Below, in pieces: positions 50,307-61,660 of a DNA stretch of 64,000 bases. Location of the stretch: positions 1,756-65,755 of the forward strand of contig JBFEOO010000012.1 in NCBI GenBank assembly GCA_041550555.1, given 5' to 3'. The notes beneath the pieces are model-generated. The model ran no database searches. It was not told where the DNA came from and worked only from the letters and a program-made list of their open reading frames with translations. The stretch's first letter is position 1. The number at the start of each line of letters is the position of its first letter. Made by a program: the position numbers and the translations under genes. The stretch comes from Arenicellales bacterium (GTDB lineage: Bacteria > Pseudomonadota > Gammaproteobacteria > Arenicellales > JBFEOO01).

Positions 50307-51641
50307 GTGACGACCCTCGCCGATCTCGACGCCGTTGCCGCGGTGCGCCGCATCCGAGCCGGGGAGATCACGAGCGAGGCGCTGATCAGGGACTGTCTCG
50401 AGCGGATTGCCGACCGCGAGGGCGGCGTCGAGGCGTGGACATTCCTCGACCCGGAGCTTGCGATCGAGCAGGCGCGGGAGCGGGATCGACAGCAACGCCG
50501 GGGGGCGTCCCTGGGGCTGCTGCACGGCGTGCCGGTCGGCGTCAAGGACATCATCGACACGGGCGACATGCCGACCGAGTGCGGCTCGGCGGTGTTTGCC
50601 GGGCGCCGCCCGACGCGGGACGCCACTGTGGTGAGCCGACTGCGGGAGCAGGGCGCAGTCATCCTCGGCAAGACGGTTACTACCGAGTTTGCCACCTACT
50701 GCCCTGGTAAGACACGCAACCCCCTCGATCTTTCGCGCACCCCCGGCGGCTCGTCGAGCGGCTCGGCTGCTGCCGTCGCTTGCGGCATGGTGCCGCTCGC
50801 GCTCGGCTCCCAGACCAACGGATCGACCGTGCGTCCAGCGGCGTTCTGCGGCGTCGTCGGGTACAAGCCGAGCTTTGGCTTCGTCTCGCGCGCCGGCGTG
50901 CTGCTGACGAGCCGCGGCCTCGACCAGGTGGGTGTGTTCGCCCGCACCGTCGCCGATGCGGCGCTGCTTGCCGAGGTGATTGCCGGACAGGACGCTTGCG
51001 ATGCGACGACGCGGGCGGTGGCGCGCCCCTGGCTGAACGCGGTAGCGCAGCCGCCGCCGGTTACCCCCCCGCGTCTCGCCTTTGTGAAAAGTCCCGTATG
51101 GGATCAGGCCGAGGTGGAAACCCGCGAGCACTTCGAGTCCCTCTGCCGCCGGCTCGGCACGGGCGTCGAGGAGTGTCCGCTGCCAGAGCCGTTCGACGGG
51201 GCGCTCGCGCAGCATCGCGTGATGATGGAAACCGACATTGCCTTCAACCTTGGCGCCGTTGCCGATGCTGCCCCGCAGGCGCTCAGCGACAGCCTGCGGG
51301 CTCAGATCGAACGCGGCCGCTCTGCCTACACGTCGCTCGCCTATGCCGCAGCGGTCGCCGCCGTGCCGTCGCTCAGGGACAGTCTCGGGCCGCTGTTCGC
51401 TACCCACGACGCCATCCTGACGCCGGCCGCGCCGGGCCCGGCGCCGGTCGGTCTCGAGTCGACCGGCAGTCCCGCGTTCTGCACGCTGTGGACGCTGCTC
51501 GGGTTGCCGGCGGTAAGCTTGCCGCTGCTCACGGCTGGCAACGGTATGCCCATCGGCGTACAGTTGGTGGGGCGCTACGGCGACGATGCTGGCCTGCTGC
51601 GAACCGCGAGCTGGCTGTTGCGCACGGCAGGTGCGGCGTGA
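50307..51641 (+). CDS. Amidase-signature family amidase 2
   Basis: LHGVPVGVKD, TPGGSSSGSAAAVA, GSQTNGSTVRPA. Confidence 0.92.
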   Translation: MTTLADLDAVAAVRRIRAGEITSEALIRDCLERIADREGGVEAWTFLDPELAIEQARERDRQQRRGASLGLLHGVPVGVKDIIDTGDMPTECGSAVFAGRRPTRDATVVSRLREQGAVILGKTVTTEFATYCPGKTRNPLDLSRTPGGSSSGSAAAVACGMVPLALGSQTNGSTVRPAAFCGVVGYKPSFGFVSRAGVLLTSRGLDQVGVFARTVADAALLAEVIAGQDACDATTRAVARPWLNAVAQPPPVTPPRLAFVKSPVWDQAEVETREHFESLCRRLGTGVEECPLPEPFDGALAQHRVMMETDIAFNLGAVADAAPQALSDSLRAQIERGRSAYTSLAYAAAVAAVPSLRDSLGPLFATHDAILTPAAPGPAPVGLESTGSPAFCTLWTLLGLPAVSLPLLTAGNGMPIGVQLVGRYGDDAGLLRTASWLLRTAGAA

Positions 51642-51732
51642 GCCGCCTTCGTGCGCTGTGCGCTGCCGCGCCGGCACGACGCGAAGATCGTCCGCGGTAC
51701 CGCGGGGCGCGGCGGGACGCAACGAGGTACCC

Positions 51733-53229
51733 ATGAACGCTAGCCAACAAGCGGTGGAACGCACCAGCAGCGATGTCGATGTGCGCGACCTGGCCGCTGT
51801 CCTCAGGGACTCGCTGCCGGCGTACAGCGTGCTCGTCGAGAGCGACGAGCGCCGTCCTTACGAGTGCGATGGCCTGACCGCCGTTCGTGAGCTGCCGCTG
51901 CTGGTGGCGCTGCCGGAAACGGTCGAGCAGGTGCAGCACGTGCTGCGCACCTGTTGCCAGCGCGGCGTGCCGGTGGTGGCGCGCGGCGCCGGCACCGGGC
52001 TATCGGGCGGGGCGCTGCCGCTCGCCGACGGTGTTCTGTTGAGCCTCGCCAAGTTCAACCGCATACTCGGCGTCGACCCGGTCAATCGCACTGCGCGGGT
52101 GCAGCCGGGGGTGCGCAACTTGGCTATCTCCGAGGCGGTGTCCCACCTCGGCTTGTACTACGCGCCTGATCCGTCTTCTCAGATTGCCTGCTCAATCGGC
52201 GGCAACGTTGCCGAGAACGCCGGCGGGCTGCATTGCCTCAAGTACGGACTCACCGTGCACAACGTGCTGGAGGTGAAGATCGTAACGGTGGAAGGGGAGC
52301 GCATCACCATCGGCGCACAGGCTCTCGACGCTCCGGGTTACGACCTGCTTGCGCTCATGCATGGCTCGGAAGGCCTGCTCGGCGTCATCGTCGAGGTGAC
52401 GGTCAAGCTGCTGCCCAAGCCGGAGGCGGCGAAGGTGCTGATGGCGTCGTTCGACGACGTCGAGGTCGCCAGCGACGCCGTTGCGGCGATCATCGCCAGC
52501 GGCATCATTCCCGGAGGCCTCGAGATGATGGACAATCCTGCCATCCGGGCGGCGGAGGATTTTGCTCACGCAGGCTACCCGTTGGAGGCCGAGGCCATTC
52601 TGCTGTGTGAGCTCGACGGCACGCCCGAGGAGGTGGATGAGCAGATCGAGGTGGTCGAGCGTGTGCTGCGGACTCACGGAGCGACCGCTATTCACACCGC
52701 GCGTGACGATGCCGAGCGGCTTCGTTTGTGGTCGGGACGCAAGTCCGCGTTTCCGGCCGTCGGGAGAATTTCGCCCGACTATTACTGCATGGACGGCACC
52801 ATCCCGCGGCGGCGTCTCGGCGAGGTGCTGCGCAGGATCGGCGAGCTGTCCAAGACCTATGAGCTCCGCATTGCCAACGTTTTTCACGCGGGGGACGGCA
52901 ATCTTCACCCGTTGATACTCTACGACGCCAATCAGCCGGGTGAGCTCGAGCGTGCCGAAGCCTGCGGCGGGAAGATTCTCGAAGCATGTGTTGAGGCGGG
53001 CGGCACGATCACCGGGGAGCACGGTGTGGGCGTCGAGAAGATCGATCAGATGTGCGTGCAGTTCGGCGGCGCGGAGCTCGAGCAATTTCATGCGCTGAAA
53101 CGCGCGTTCGACGCCCGCGGTTTGCTCAATCCCGGTAAGGCCGTCCCCACGCTACATCGCTGCGCCGAGTTGGGACGCATGCACGTCCACGGGGGGCAGC
53201 TGCCGTTTCCGGAGCTGGAGCGTTTCTGA
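51733..53229 (+). CDS. glcD: Glycolate oxidase subunit GlcD
   Basis: YECDGL, RGAGTGLSGG, YAPDPSSQIAC, HAGDGNLHP, TGEHGVG, C-terminal FPELERF. Confidence 0.94.
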   Translation: MNASQQAVERTSSDVDVRDLAAVLRDSLPAYSVLVESDERRPYECDGLTAVRELPLLVALPETVEQVQHVLRTCCQRGVPVVARGAGTGLSGGALPLADGVLLSLAKFNRILGVDPVNRTARVQPGVRNLAISEAVSHLGLYYAPDPSSQIACSIGGNVAENAGGLHCLKYGLTVHNVLEVKIVTVEGERITIGAQALDAPGYDLLALMHGSEGLLGVIVEVTVKLLPKPEAAKVLMASFDDVEVASDAVAAIIASGIIPGGLEMMDNPAIRAAEDFAHAGYPLEAEAILLCELDGTPEEVDEQIEVVERVLRTHGATAIHTARDDAERLRLWSGRKSAFPAVGRISPDYYCMDGTIPRRRLGEVLRRIGELSKTYELRIANVFHAGDGNLHPLILYDANQPGELERAEACGGKILEACVEAGGTITGEHGVGVEKIDQMCVQFGGAELEQFHALKRAFDARGLLNPGKAVPTLHRCAELGRMHVHGGQLPFPELERF

Positions 53230-53323
53230 CGCCGCGTCGCCTGTCGCCGACGCGGGTCGGGCGAGCGACCGCTTTGCTTGTGGCGCACGAGGGGATCGCA
53301 TCGAGCGTCCAGCGCGTACGGCC

Positions 53324-54391
53324 ATGATGCACGACAGCGACATCGCCGAGAGTTTCCAGAACGCGGTGGCGGAGGCCGCCGCGCGCGCGCAGCCCGTTCA
53401 GATTGTCGGCGGCGGCAGCAAGGTGTTCTATGGTCGTGAGCCCGAAGGAGCGCCGCTTTCCGTCGGCGGTCACCGCGGCGTCGTCAGCTACGAGCCCACC
53501 GAGCTCGTCATTACGGCGCGCAGCGGCACCCCCCTCGCCGACATCGAGAGCGTGCTCGCCGAGCGGGGCCAGACGCTCGCTTTCGAGCCGCCCCATTTCG
53601 GTCCGAGCGCGACGCTGGGCGGCACGATCGCCTGTGGGCTCTCCGGTCCCCGCCGTCCCTACGTCGGCGCGGCACGCGACTTCGTGCTCGGGATGCGGAT
53701 CATCAACGGCTCCGGCGCCGCGCTGAAGTTCGGCGGTCAGGTGATGAAAAACGTCGCCGGCTACGATGTCTCCCGGCTCATGGTGGGGGCGTTGGGTACC
53801 TTGGGCGTGCTCACTGAGGTATCGCTCAGGGTCGCACCGAGGCCCAGGCTCGAGCGAACACTGGCCTGGGAGGTGAGCGCTGGCGACGCCATCGCGAAGA
53901 TGAACGAGTGGGCCGGCCAGCCACTGCCGCTGTCCGCCGCCGCCCATGCCGACGGGGTGCTGCGGGTGCGTCTGTCGGGGTCACCGAGCGGTGTCGAAGC
54001 CGCCGGCAGGCGGCTCGGCGGCGAGGAGCCCGATGACGGTGAGGATTTCTGGCGCCGCCTGCGCGAGCACGACCTGCCCTTTTTCGCGCTTCCCGGTACG
54101 CTGTGGCGCATCTCACTGCCCGCGGGGCAGCCGCCGCTCGATCTGCAGGGTAGCTGGTTGATCGACTGGGGTGGCGCACAGCGATGGCTGAAGACCGAGA
54201 CGCAGGCGCTGCCCGTGCGCCGGGAGGCCGCCGCACGCGGCGGCCACGCGACACAGTTCCGGGGCGGCGAGCGCACGGCCGCCGTGTTTCACGAGCTTCC
54301 TGCGCCGCTCATGACGCTTCATCGCAACGTCAAGCGCGCCTTCGATCCCAAGGGCATCCTCAATCCGGGACGACTCTACGCCGAGCTCTAG
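53324..54391 (+). CDS. glcE: Glycolate oxidase subunit GlcE
   Basis: YEPTELV, AFEPP, GGQVMKNVAGYD, DWGGAQRW, FDP.GILNPGR. Confidence 0.94.
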   Translation: MMHDSDIAESFQNAVAEAAARAQPVQIVGGGSKVFYGREPEGAPLSVGGHRGVVSYEPTELVITARSGTPLADIESVLAERGQTLAFEPPHFGPSATLGGTIACGLSGPRRPYVGAARDFVLGMRIINGSGAALKFGGQVMKNVAGYDVSRLMVGALGTLGVLTEVSLRVAPRPRLERTLAWEVSAGDAIAKMNEWAGQPLPLSAAAHADGVLRVRLSGSPSGVEAAGRRLGGEEPDDGEDFWRRLREHDLPFFALPGTLWRISLPAGQPPLDLQGSWLIDWGGAQRWLKTETQALPVRREAAARGGHATQFRGGERTAAVFHELPAPLMTLHRNVKRAFDPKGILNPGRLYAEL

Positions 54392-54504
54392 TGTCCGTTA
54401 CGCGCAAGCAAATCACCCCTTCGACGGAGGTCCCAGCGATCGGCGCTGGCGGCGGTCCGCCGCCGTCCGTCCACGGATGGTGACGCTCAGGTAGGCGAGA
54501 CAGC

Positions 54505-55719
54505 ATGCAGACGTCTTTGGCCGAGTTCATCAGGGCGACGCCCGCCGGACGCGCTGCCGACGCCATCCTGCGCAAGTGTGTCCATTGCGGTTTCTGCACG
54601 GCGACCTGCCCGACTTACCAGCTGCTCGGCGATGAGCTCGACGGGCCACGGGGCCGGATCTATCTGATAAAGCAGGTGCTCGAGGGCGCCCCGCCGACGG
54701 CCCGTACACAGCTGCACCTCGACCGCTGTCTGACCTGTCGGGCGTGCGAGACGACCTGCCCCTCGGGCGTCGAGTACGGTCGGCTACTGGACATCGGCCG
54801 CGAGGTCGTCGAGCGGCGTGTCGAGCGTGCGCCGGGCGAGCGGTTGCTGAGGCGCGTTCTGCGGGCGGTGGTGCCGCACACGCGGCGCTTCGGCGTCCTG
54901 CTGCGCGCGGGCCAGCTCGTGCGAGCGGTGCTGCCGAGCGCGGTGCGTAGCAAGGTGCCGCCGCGGCGTCATCCGGGGGAGTGGCCGGCTCCCCGTCACG
55001 GGCGCCGCATGTTGGTGCTCGACGGCTGCGTGCAGCCGCTGATGGCGCCGGACATCAACGCTGCGGCGGCACGCTACCTCGACGGCGTCGGTATCAGTCT
55101 CATCAGAGCCCCGGCTGCCGGCTGCTGCGGCGCGTTGAGCCATCACATGTCGGCGGGTGAGGAAGCGCTCAGCTTCGCACGGCGCAACATCGATGCCTGG
55201 TGGCCGTTCGTCGAGCAGGGTGTGGAGGCCATCGTCATGACGGCCAGCGGCTGCGGTGTCATGGTGCGCGACTACGGGCATCTGCTGCGTGACGACGGCG
55301 CGTATGCGGAAAAGGCCGCGCGCATCAGCACGCTGACTCGCGACCTGGCAGAGGTGGTCGACGCAGCGGGTTCGCCAGCTGCGGTCGCGCAACCCGGATC
55401 GCGGCGGGTGGCTTTTCACTCCCCCTGCACGCTGCAGCACGGCCAGCGTATCGTCGGCACGGTGGAGCGATTGCTGAGGGCGGCCGGGTACGAGCTCGGC
55501 GCCGTTCCGGACAGTCACCTCTGCTGCGGCTCTGCGGGCAGCTACTCGATCCTGCAGCCGGCCCTTGCCGGGCGGCTGCTCGCCGGCAAGCTGGCGGCGC
55601 TCGAATCCTCCCAGCCGGACGTCATTGCCACGGCCAACATCGGTTGCCTCGTGCACCTCGAATCAGGGGCGCGCGTGCCGGTCAAGCACTGGATCGAGCT
55701 GCTGACGCCGTCGCGCTGA
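54505..55719 (+). CDS. glcF: Glycolate oxidase Fe-S subunit GlcF
   Basis: CVHCGFCTATCPTY, DRCLTCRACETTCPSGV, CCGSAG.Y, TANIGC. Confidence 0.94.
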   Translation: MQTSLAEFIRATPAGRAADAILRKCVHCGFCTATCPTYQLLGDELDGPRGRIYLIKQVLEGAPPTARTQLHLDRCLTCRACETTCPSGVEYGRLLDIGREVVERRVERAPGERLLRRVLRAVVPHTRRFGVLLRAGQLVRAVLPSAVRSKVPPRRHPGEWPAPRHGRRMLVLDGCVQPLMAPDINAAAARYLDGVGISLIRAPAAGCCGALSHHMSAGEEALSFARRNIDAWWPFVEQGVEAIVMTASGCGVMVRDYGHLLRDDGAYAEKAARISTLTRDLAEVVDAAGSPAAVAQPGSRRVAFHSPCTLQHGQRIVGTVERLLRAAGYELGAVPDSHLCCGSAGSYSILQPALAGRLLAGKLAALESSQPDVIATANIGCLVHLESGARVPVKHWIELLTPSR

Positions 55720-55734
55720 GCCGCAGCGCGCGGC

Positions 55735-55765
55735 TTGTTGCACTGCAGCAAATTCTCAGTACAAT
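55735..55765 (+). promoter_or_regulatory. Probable aceB sigma70 promoter overlapped by a PhaR-like palindrome
   Basis: TTGCAC(55738)-N16-TACAAT(55760); TTGTTGCA-C-TGCAGCAA at 55735-55751. Confidence 0.5.
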
Positions 55766-55839
55766 GGGGCGAAACACGCCGGGCGACGGGGGATGTCGTG
55801 CAGGACTGGTCCGGGGCAGGCGAACCTGGGAGATATCTA

Positions 55840-57441
<1,602 letters not shown>

Positions 57442-57853
57442 ACCTGCCGGGTTGTCTGCAGCGTCGGACGGCGCCGGCCCCGAAGGCGCGCCAAAGGGGT
57501 CTACGCAGGCGACGCGCTCGCCGCGGTGACGGGCCCCGTCGTTTCCCCCACCCTCGGAAAGCGCCAGGCTAGCACCACGCCTGTCAGTGGCTCGGGGCTC
57601 TTTCCCCCGCCGGCGGCGGCTAGCCGCCCGCGACGCCGGCACGGCTCGCTGGAGGCGCCGCGTGCGAGCGGTGTGGCGTCGCAATGTGCTCGGCGACGAC
57701 GGAATCAGGCGGTTTTGCGAGAGTCCGCCGGCCCGCTGTTCTGATTACCCCCTGAAAAGAGCCATTTGTCGGGTCCCGTCAAAAACGCTTTCCGAAAATC
57801 ACCTTGATAACAGCAAGTTGCCGTTCTATTCTAGAAATAAGGCGAAAAAATAC

Positions 57854-57881
57854 TTGACACCCCGAAGAAATTTCAGATAAT
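57854..57881 (+). promoter_or_regulatory. Sigma70 promoter of the putative sRNA
   Basis: TTGACA(57854)-N16-GATAAT(57876) with an A-rich upstream element. Confidence 0.6.
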
Positions 57882-57887
57882 CATAAT

Positions 57888-58025
57888 AAGCGAATAAATC
57901 GAAGTACTAATTTGGTGAATTCGCGCGCTGGGAAGGGAGTCCTGGTGCGGAGGAAAGGACACAAGGCTCCTCCATCCTCCTTTGGTGGTTTGGGCGTGGC
58001 ATCCTCTGCCACGCCTCTTTTTTTT
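57888..58025 (+). ncRNA. Putative trans-acting sRNA with anti-Shine-Dalgarno motifs (5' end approximate)
   Basis: Own promoter; CTCCT-CCATC-CTCCTTT-GGTGG hairpin; intrinsic terminator; no convincing ORF. Confidence 0.65.
57993..58025 (+). terminator. Rho-independent terminator
   Basis: GGCGTGGCA-TCCTC-TGCCACGCC followed by TCTTTTTTTT. Confidence 0.85.
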
Positions 58026-58255
58026 CCCAACATGTCAGCCGGTCGTGATCCCTCGCGCCATGATCGGCAGCGACGCGGGCACGCGCGGGCGAGAGCGGCT
58101 GCGGGCTGGCAAAAGGGGCGGTGAGCTGATCCGGCCCGCTGTGACCGTGGGCGCATTCCGGCAACGCTCGGCGGGCTCACGGGGCAGGCGCCTTGTGCAT
58201 CGCCGGGGTCTCGTGTAGCATTCGGCCGCTTTCGGACCCTTTACGTTGTCAGCCG

Positions 58256-58684
58256 ATGAAGACGTTCTCCGCCAAGCCAGAGACAGTGCATCGCGAGTGG
58301 TTCGTGGTCGACGCCACCGACAAGGTGCTGGGCCGGCTGGCGTCAGAGGTGGCGCGACGTCTGCGCGGCAAGCACAAGCCGGAATACACGCCGCACGTCG
58401 ACACCGGCGACTACATTGTCGTGGTGAACGCCGAGAAGATCCGCGTGACGGGGAGCAAGGAACGGGCCAAGCAATACCATCGCCACACCGGCCGCCCGGG
58501 CAGCCTGAAGACGGTCACGCTAGGGGAGCTGCGAGAGAGCCATCCCAGCCGCATCATCGAGAACGCCGTGAAAGGCATGTTGCCCAAGAACCCGCTCGGT
58601 CGGGCAATGCTCGGCAAGCTTCGAGTCTACCGGGGCCCCGATCACCGGCATCATGCGCAGCAGCCGACTCGGCTCGATATTTAG
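58256..58684 (+). CDS. rplM: 50S ribosomal protein L13
   Basis: [36 protein letters not shown]. Confidence 0.98.
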   Translation: MKTFSAKPETVHREWFVVDATDKVLGRLASEVARRLRGKHKPEYTPHVDTGDYIVVVNAEKIRVTGSKERAKQYHRHTGRPGSLKTVTLGELRESHPSRIIENAVKGMLPKNPLGRAMLGKLRVYRGPDHRHHAQQPTRLDI

Positions 58685-58696
58685 AGACGGATAATC

Positions 58697-59092
58697 ATGC
58701 CCGCAACTGAGAAGTATTACGGCACCGGTCGCCGCAAGTCGTCGACCGCACGTGTCTACGTCACTCGCGGCAGCGGAGCCATAACGGTCAACAAGAAGCC
58801 GTTGGACCAGTATTTCGGCCGAGAGACGGCGCGCATGATCGTACGGCAGCCGCTTGCGACCACCGAGCTCGACGGCAAGCTGGATATATTGGTCAACGTG
58901 GTGGGCGGCGGCACCAGCGGCCAGGCCGGCGCTATCCGTCACGGCATCACGCGGGCGCTCATCGAATACGATGAGGGGCTGCGTGGTCTGCTTCGGCGCG
59001 CCGGTTTCGTGACGCGCGACGCCCGCGAGGTGGAGCGTAAGAAGGTCGGCCTGCACAAGGCCCGCAAGCGCCCGCAGTACTCCAAGCGTTAG
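58697..59092 (+). CDS. rpsI: 30S ribosomal protein S9
   Basis: [39 protein letters not shown]. Confidence 0.98.
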   Translation: MPATEKYYGTGRRKSSTARVYVTRGSGAITVNKKPLDQYFGRETARMIVRQPLATTELDGKLDILVNVVGGGTSGQAGAIRHGITRALIEYDEGLRGLLRRAGFVTRDAREVERKKVGLHKARKRPQYSKR

Positions 59093-59148
59093 CGACGGCG
59101 CGAGACCCCCGGGCTGCTGGCTGCAGCCCGTCGTCGGCGACAGTTTGC

Positions 59149-59222
59149 TGGGGGATCGTCTAGCGGTAGGACAGCGGACTCTGACTCCGCCAGCCGAGGT
59201 TCGAATCCTCGTCCCCCAGCCA
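59149..59222 (+). tRNA. tRNA-Gln (CTG anticodon)
   Basis: TGGGGGA/TCCCCCA acceptor stem, GCGGA-CTCTGAC-TCCGC anticodon arm, GGTTCGAATCC T arm, encoded CCA. Confidence 0.96.
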
Positions 59223-59486
59223 GTTCATTCTCGCCATCGACCGAAACCGCCCCGGGTTCGAGCGACACCGCTTGTTGCTCGAGCCCTCGACGCGCTCCGC
59301 CTTTCCGAGAAGCGCGGCGAGCGGAGGGGTCGCAGCACCCGGCGTCCCGGAGCCGTACGGCCTTGCCACGTGGATGCGGATGCATTCGCCTGCTTCGCTC
59401 CAAGTTCGTTGAGCACGATGCCGGGGGAGGTGCTTTCTTACAGATCCGTCCCGGGGGGGACGGCGGCGGTCGGCAGCGGCCTGCAT

Positions 59487-59495
59487 TGCTATAAT
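59487..59495 (+). promoter_or_regulatory. Extended -10 promoter for argC
   Basis: TGCTATAAT (TGnTATAAT) about 36 nt upstream of the argC ATG. Confidence 0.55.
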
Positions 59496-59531
59496 CTCAG
59501 CCGTCTGTACTGGCAACAAGCGAGTCGTCTG

Positions 59532-60560
59532 ATGATCAAGGTGGGCGTGCTCGGTGGCACGGGATACACCGGCGTCGAGCTACTGCGATTACTGATCGGC
59601 CACCCGGACGTCGACCTGCGCTGCGTCACGTCACGCAGCGAGGTCGGCACGGCAGTGGCCGAGCACTTCCCGAGTCTGCGCGGACGCGTCTCGCTCGAAT
59701 TCGTCGACCCCGAGAGCGCCCCGCTCGCCGAATGCGACGTCGTGTTCTCGGCTACGCCCAATGGGGTGGCGATGAATCACGCGCCGGCGCTGCTTGATGC
59801 CGGGGTTTGCCTGATCGACCTTGCCGCGGATTTTCGCCTCAAGGACCCAGGCTCGTGGGCGCAGTGGTACGGACGACCCCATGCATGCCCCGAGCTGTTG
59901 AACGAGGCCATATACGGTCTCCCGGAGGTCAATCGCGATCGGATTCGTGGAGCGCATCTCATCGCGAATCCGGGTTGCTACCCGACGGCGGTGCTGCTGG
60001 GATTACTGCCGCTGCTCGAGGCGGGTCTGGTGGATCCCCAGACGTTGATTGCCGATGCCAAATCCGGTGTCAGCGGCGCAGGGCGCAAAGAGTCACTCAC
60101 CACGCAGTTCAGCGAGGCGAGTGATTCGCTCAAGGCCTATGCCGTCGAGGGTCACCGTCATCTCCCGGAGATCAAGCAGGAGCTGGAAGCGGCCTGCGGC
60201 GCTTGCGTGGGGCTTACCTTCGTGCCCCACCTCACGCCGATGATTCGTGGCATCCACGCCACCCTCTACGGGCGTCTGCTGGAAGACACCGACGTGCAGG
60301 AGCTGTTCGCGGCCCGTTACGCGGATGAGCCTTTCGTCGACGTGTTGCCCCCAGGCAGTCACCCCGATACGCGCAGCGTGCGCGGCGCGAACGTCTGCCG
60401 CATTGCGTGTCACCGGCCCCAGGGCGGCGACACCGTCGTGGTGTTGGTCGTCGAAGACAACCTGGTCAAGGGTGCTGCGGGGCAGGCCGTTCAGAACATG
60501 AACATCGCCTGCGGATTGGCGGAGAAGGCGGGACTCGACGCGGTCGCGCTGTCGCCATGA
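59532..60560 (+). CDS. argC: N-acetyl-gamma-glutamyl-phosphate reductase
   Basis: [57 protein letters not shown]. Confidence 0.97.
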   Translation: MIKVGVLGGTGYTGVELLRLLIGHPDVDLRCVTSRSEVGTAVAEHFPSLRGRVSLEFVDPESAPLAECDVVFSATPNGVAMNHAPALLDAGVCLIDLAADFRLKDPGSWAQWYGRPHACPELLNEAIYGLPEVNRDRIRGAHLIANPGCYPTAVLLGLLPLLEAGLVDPQTLIADAKSGVSGAGRKESLTTQFSEASDSLKAYAVEGHRHLPEIKQELEAACGACVGLTFVPHLTPMIRGIHATLYGRLLEDTDVQELFAARYADEPFVDVLPPGSHPDTRSVRGANVCRIACHRPQGGDTVVVLVVEDNLVKGAAGQAVQNMNIACGLAEKAGLDAVALSP

Positions 60561-60692
60561 GCCGAGCTGCGCCACGAAGTCGTTCAACGCCCTTCCCCGG
60601 TCCATCTGGGGACGACACATGCCGGCGAGCGGCTTTGGGCTGCTTCTCACGGCCAGCGGCTTGGCCAAGGCGTCGCAATAGGAACATCCGGA

Positions 60693-61151
60693 ATGCTGCG
60701 TAGTAGGAGAACGCGCACGAGCAGCGAAGATGCACCAGCGCCGAAACCCGAAAGCTTCGACAGCATCATCGGAGAGAAGGCAGAGGTTGTGGGAGACCTT
60801 GCCTTCGCCGGGCGCATTCGTGTCGATGGGCGGGTCAAGGGTAATGTGCTGGCGCCGGAGCAGTCCGGCAGCACGCTGCTGGTGGGGGAGCGCGGCGAGA
60901 TAGAGGGCCACGTCATCGTTCCCCATGTCATCGTCAAGGGCCGGGTGCGCGGGACTATTGCCGCCAGGCGGCATCTCGAGCTGACCGAGAATGCCCGGGT
61001 CGACGGAGACGTGCATTACGGGCAGATTTCGATGGCACTCGGTGCGGCCGTGAATGGCAGTCTCATTTTTGAGCAAGACGCGCGCTCGGCGGGATCGGCC
61101 CGAAGCACGGCACTGCTGCGGTCGGCCCGGCGGGTCGGAGCGCGGCGCTGA
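60693..61151 (+). CDS. Bactofilin (polymer-forming cytoskeletal protein)
   Basis: SIIG...V.GDL.F.G.IRVDGRVKGNV, L.VGE.G.IEG, V.GDVHY beta-helix repeats. Confidence 0.88.
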   Translation: MLRSRRTRTSSEDAPAPKPESFDSIIGEKAEVVGDLAFAGRIRVDGRVKGNVLAPEQSGSTLLVGERGEIEGHVIVPHVIVKGRVRGTIAARRHLELTENARVDGDVHYGQISMALGAAVNGSLIFEQDARSAGSARSTALLRSARRVGARR

Positions 61152-61260
61152 AGAGTGACGGTGCGCCGGCACCGGTGCATGATGTCGGGGGGCGGCATTG
61201 AATTTAGGGCAAACTGCCCCCATAGACCCTTCGATTGAGCGTGTGTTACGAGAGAGCACC

Positions 61261-61602
61261 ATGGACACCAATGCTTCACCAATTCGTCTAAGCGCCAACG
61301 CCGCGCGGCGTGTCCGCGAGCTGCTCGCCGAGGAGCGCGATGCCGCGACGAAGCTGCGGATCTACGTGCAGGGCGGAGGCTGCTCGGGCTTTCAGTACGG
61401 TTTCCAGTTCGACGTCAACCAGAACGAAGATGACATGGTGCTCCACCAGGACGGCGTGAGCGTGCTCGTCGATGCCCTGAGCTTCCAGTATCTGCTGGGC
61501 GCCGAGGTCGACTACCGGGACGATCTTCAGGGAGCGCGTTTCGTCGTCGAGAATCCCAACGCGGCGACGACCTGCGGCTGCGGGTCCTCGTTCTCGATCT
61601 GA
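61261..61602 (+). CDS. erpA: Iron-sulfur cluster insertion protein ErpA
   Basis: [30 protein letters not shown]. Confidence 0.94.
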   Translation: MDTNASPIRLSANAARRVRELLAEERDAATKLRIYVQGGGCSGFQYGFQFDVNQNEDDMVLHQDGVSVLVDALSFQYLLGAEVDYRDDLQGARFVVENPNAATTCGCGSSFSI

Positions 61603-61660
61603 AGCGTCGGCCGTTCACCCCTTTCGCGGGCGTGCGGCGCAAAGTCCCCCGACGACGCGA

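Noticed and set aside
48693-51641. Amidases as GatA of the tRNA-dependent amidotransferase
   Set aside because: No gatB or gatC, catabolic context, and GTQT/GSQT rather than GatA-type motifs
48675-51764. 1029-aa minus-strand ORF, and similar long ORFs at 10037-12223, 12381-14384, 20062-22362 and 55837-57684
   Set aside because: Antisense or off-frame shadows of well-supported genes, expected in high-GC DNA, with no recognisable motifs
59149-59222. tRNA-Gln as an integration site
   Set aside because: No integrase and no duplicated tRNA 3' end seen; core genes lie on both sides
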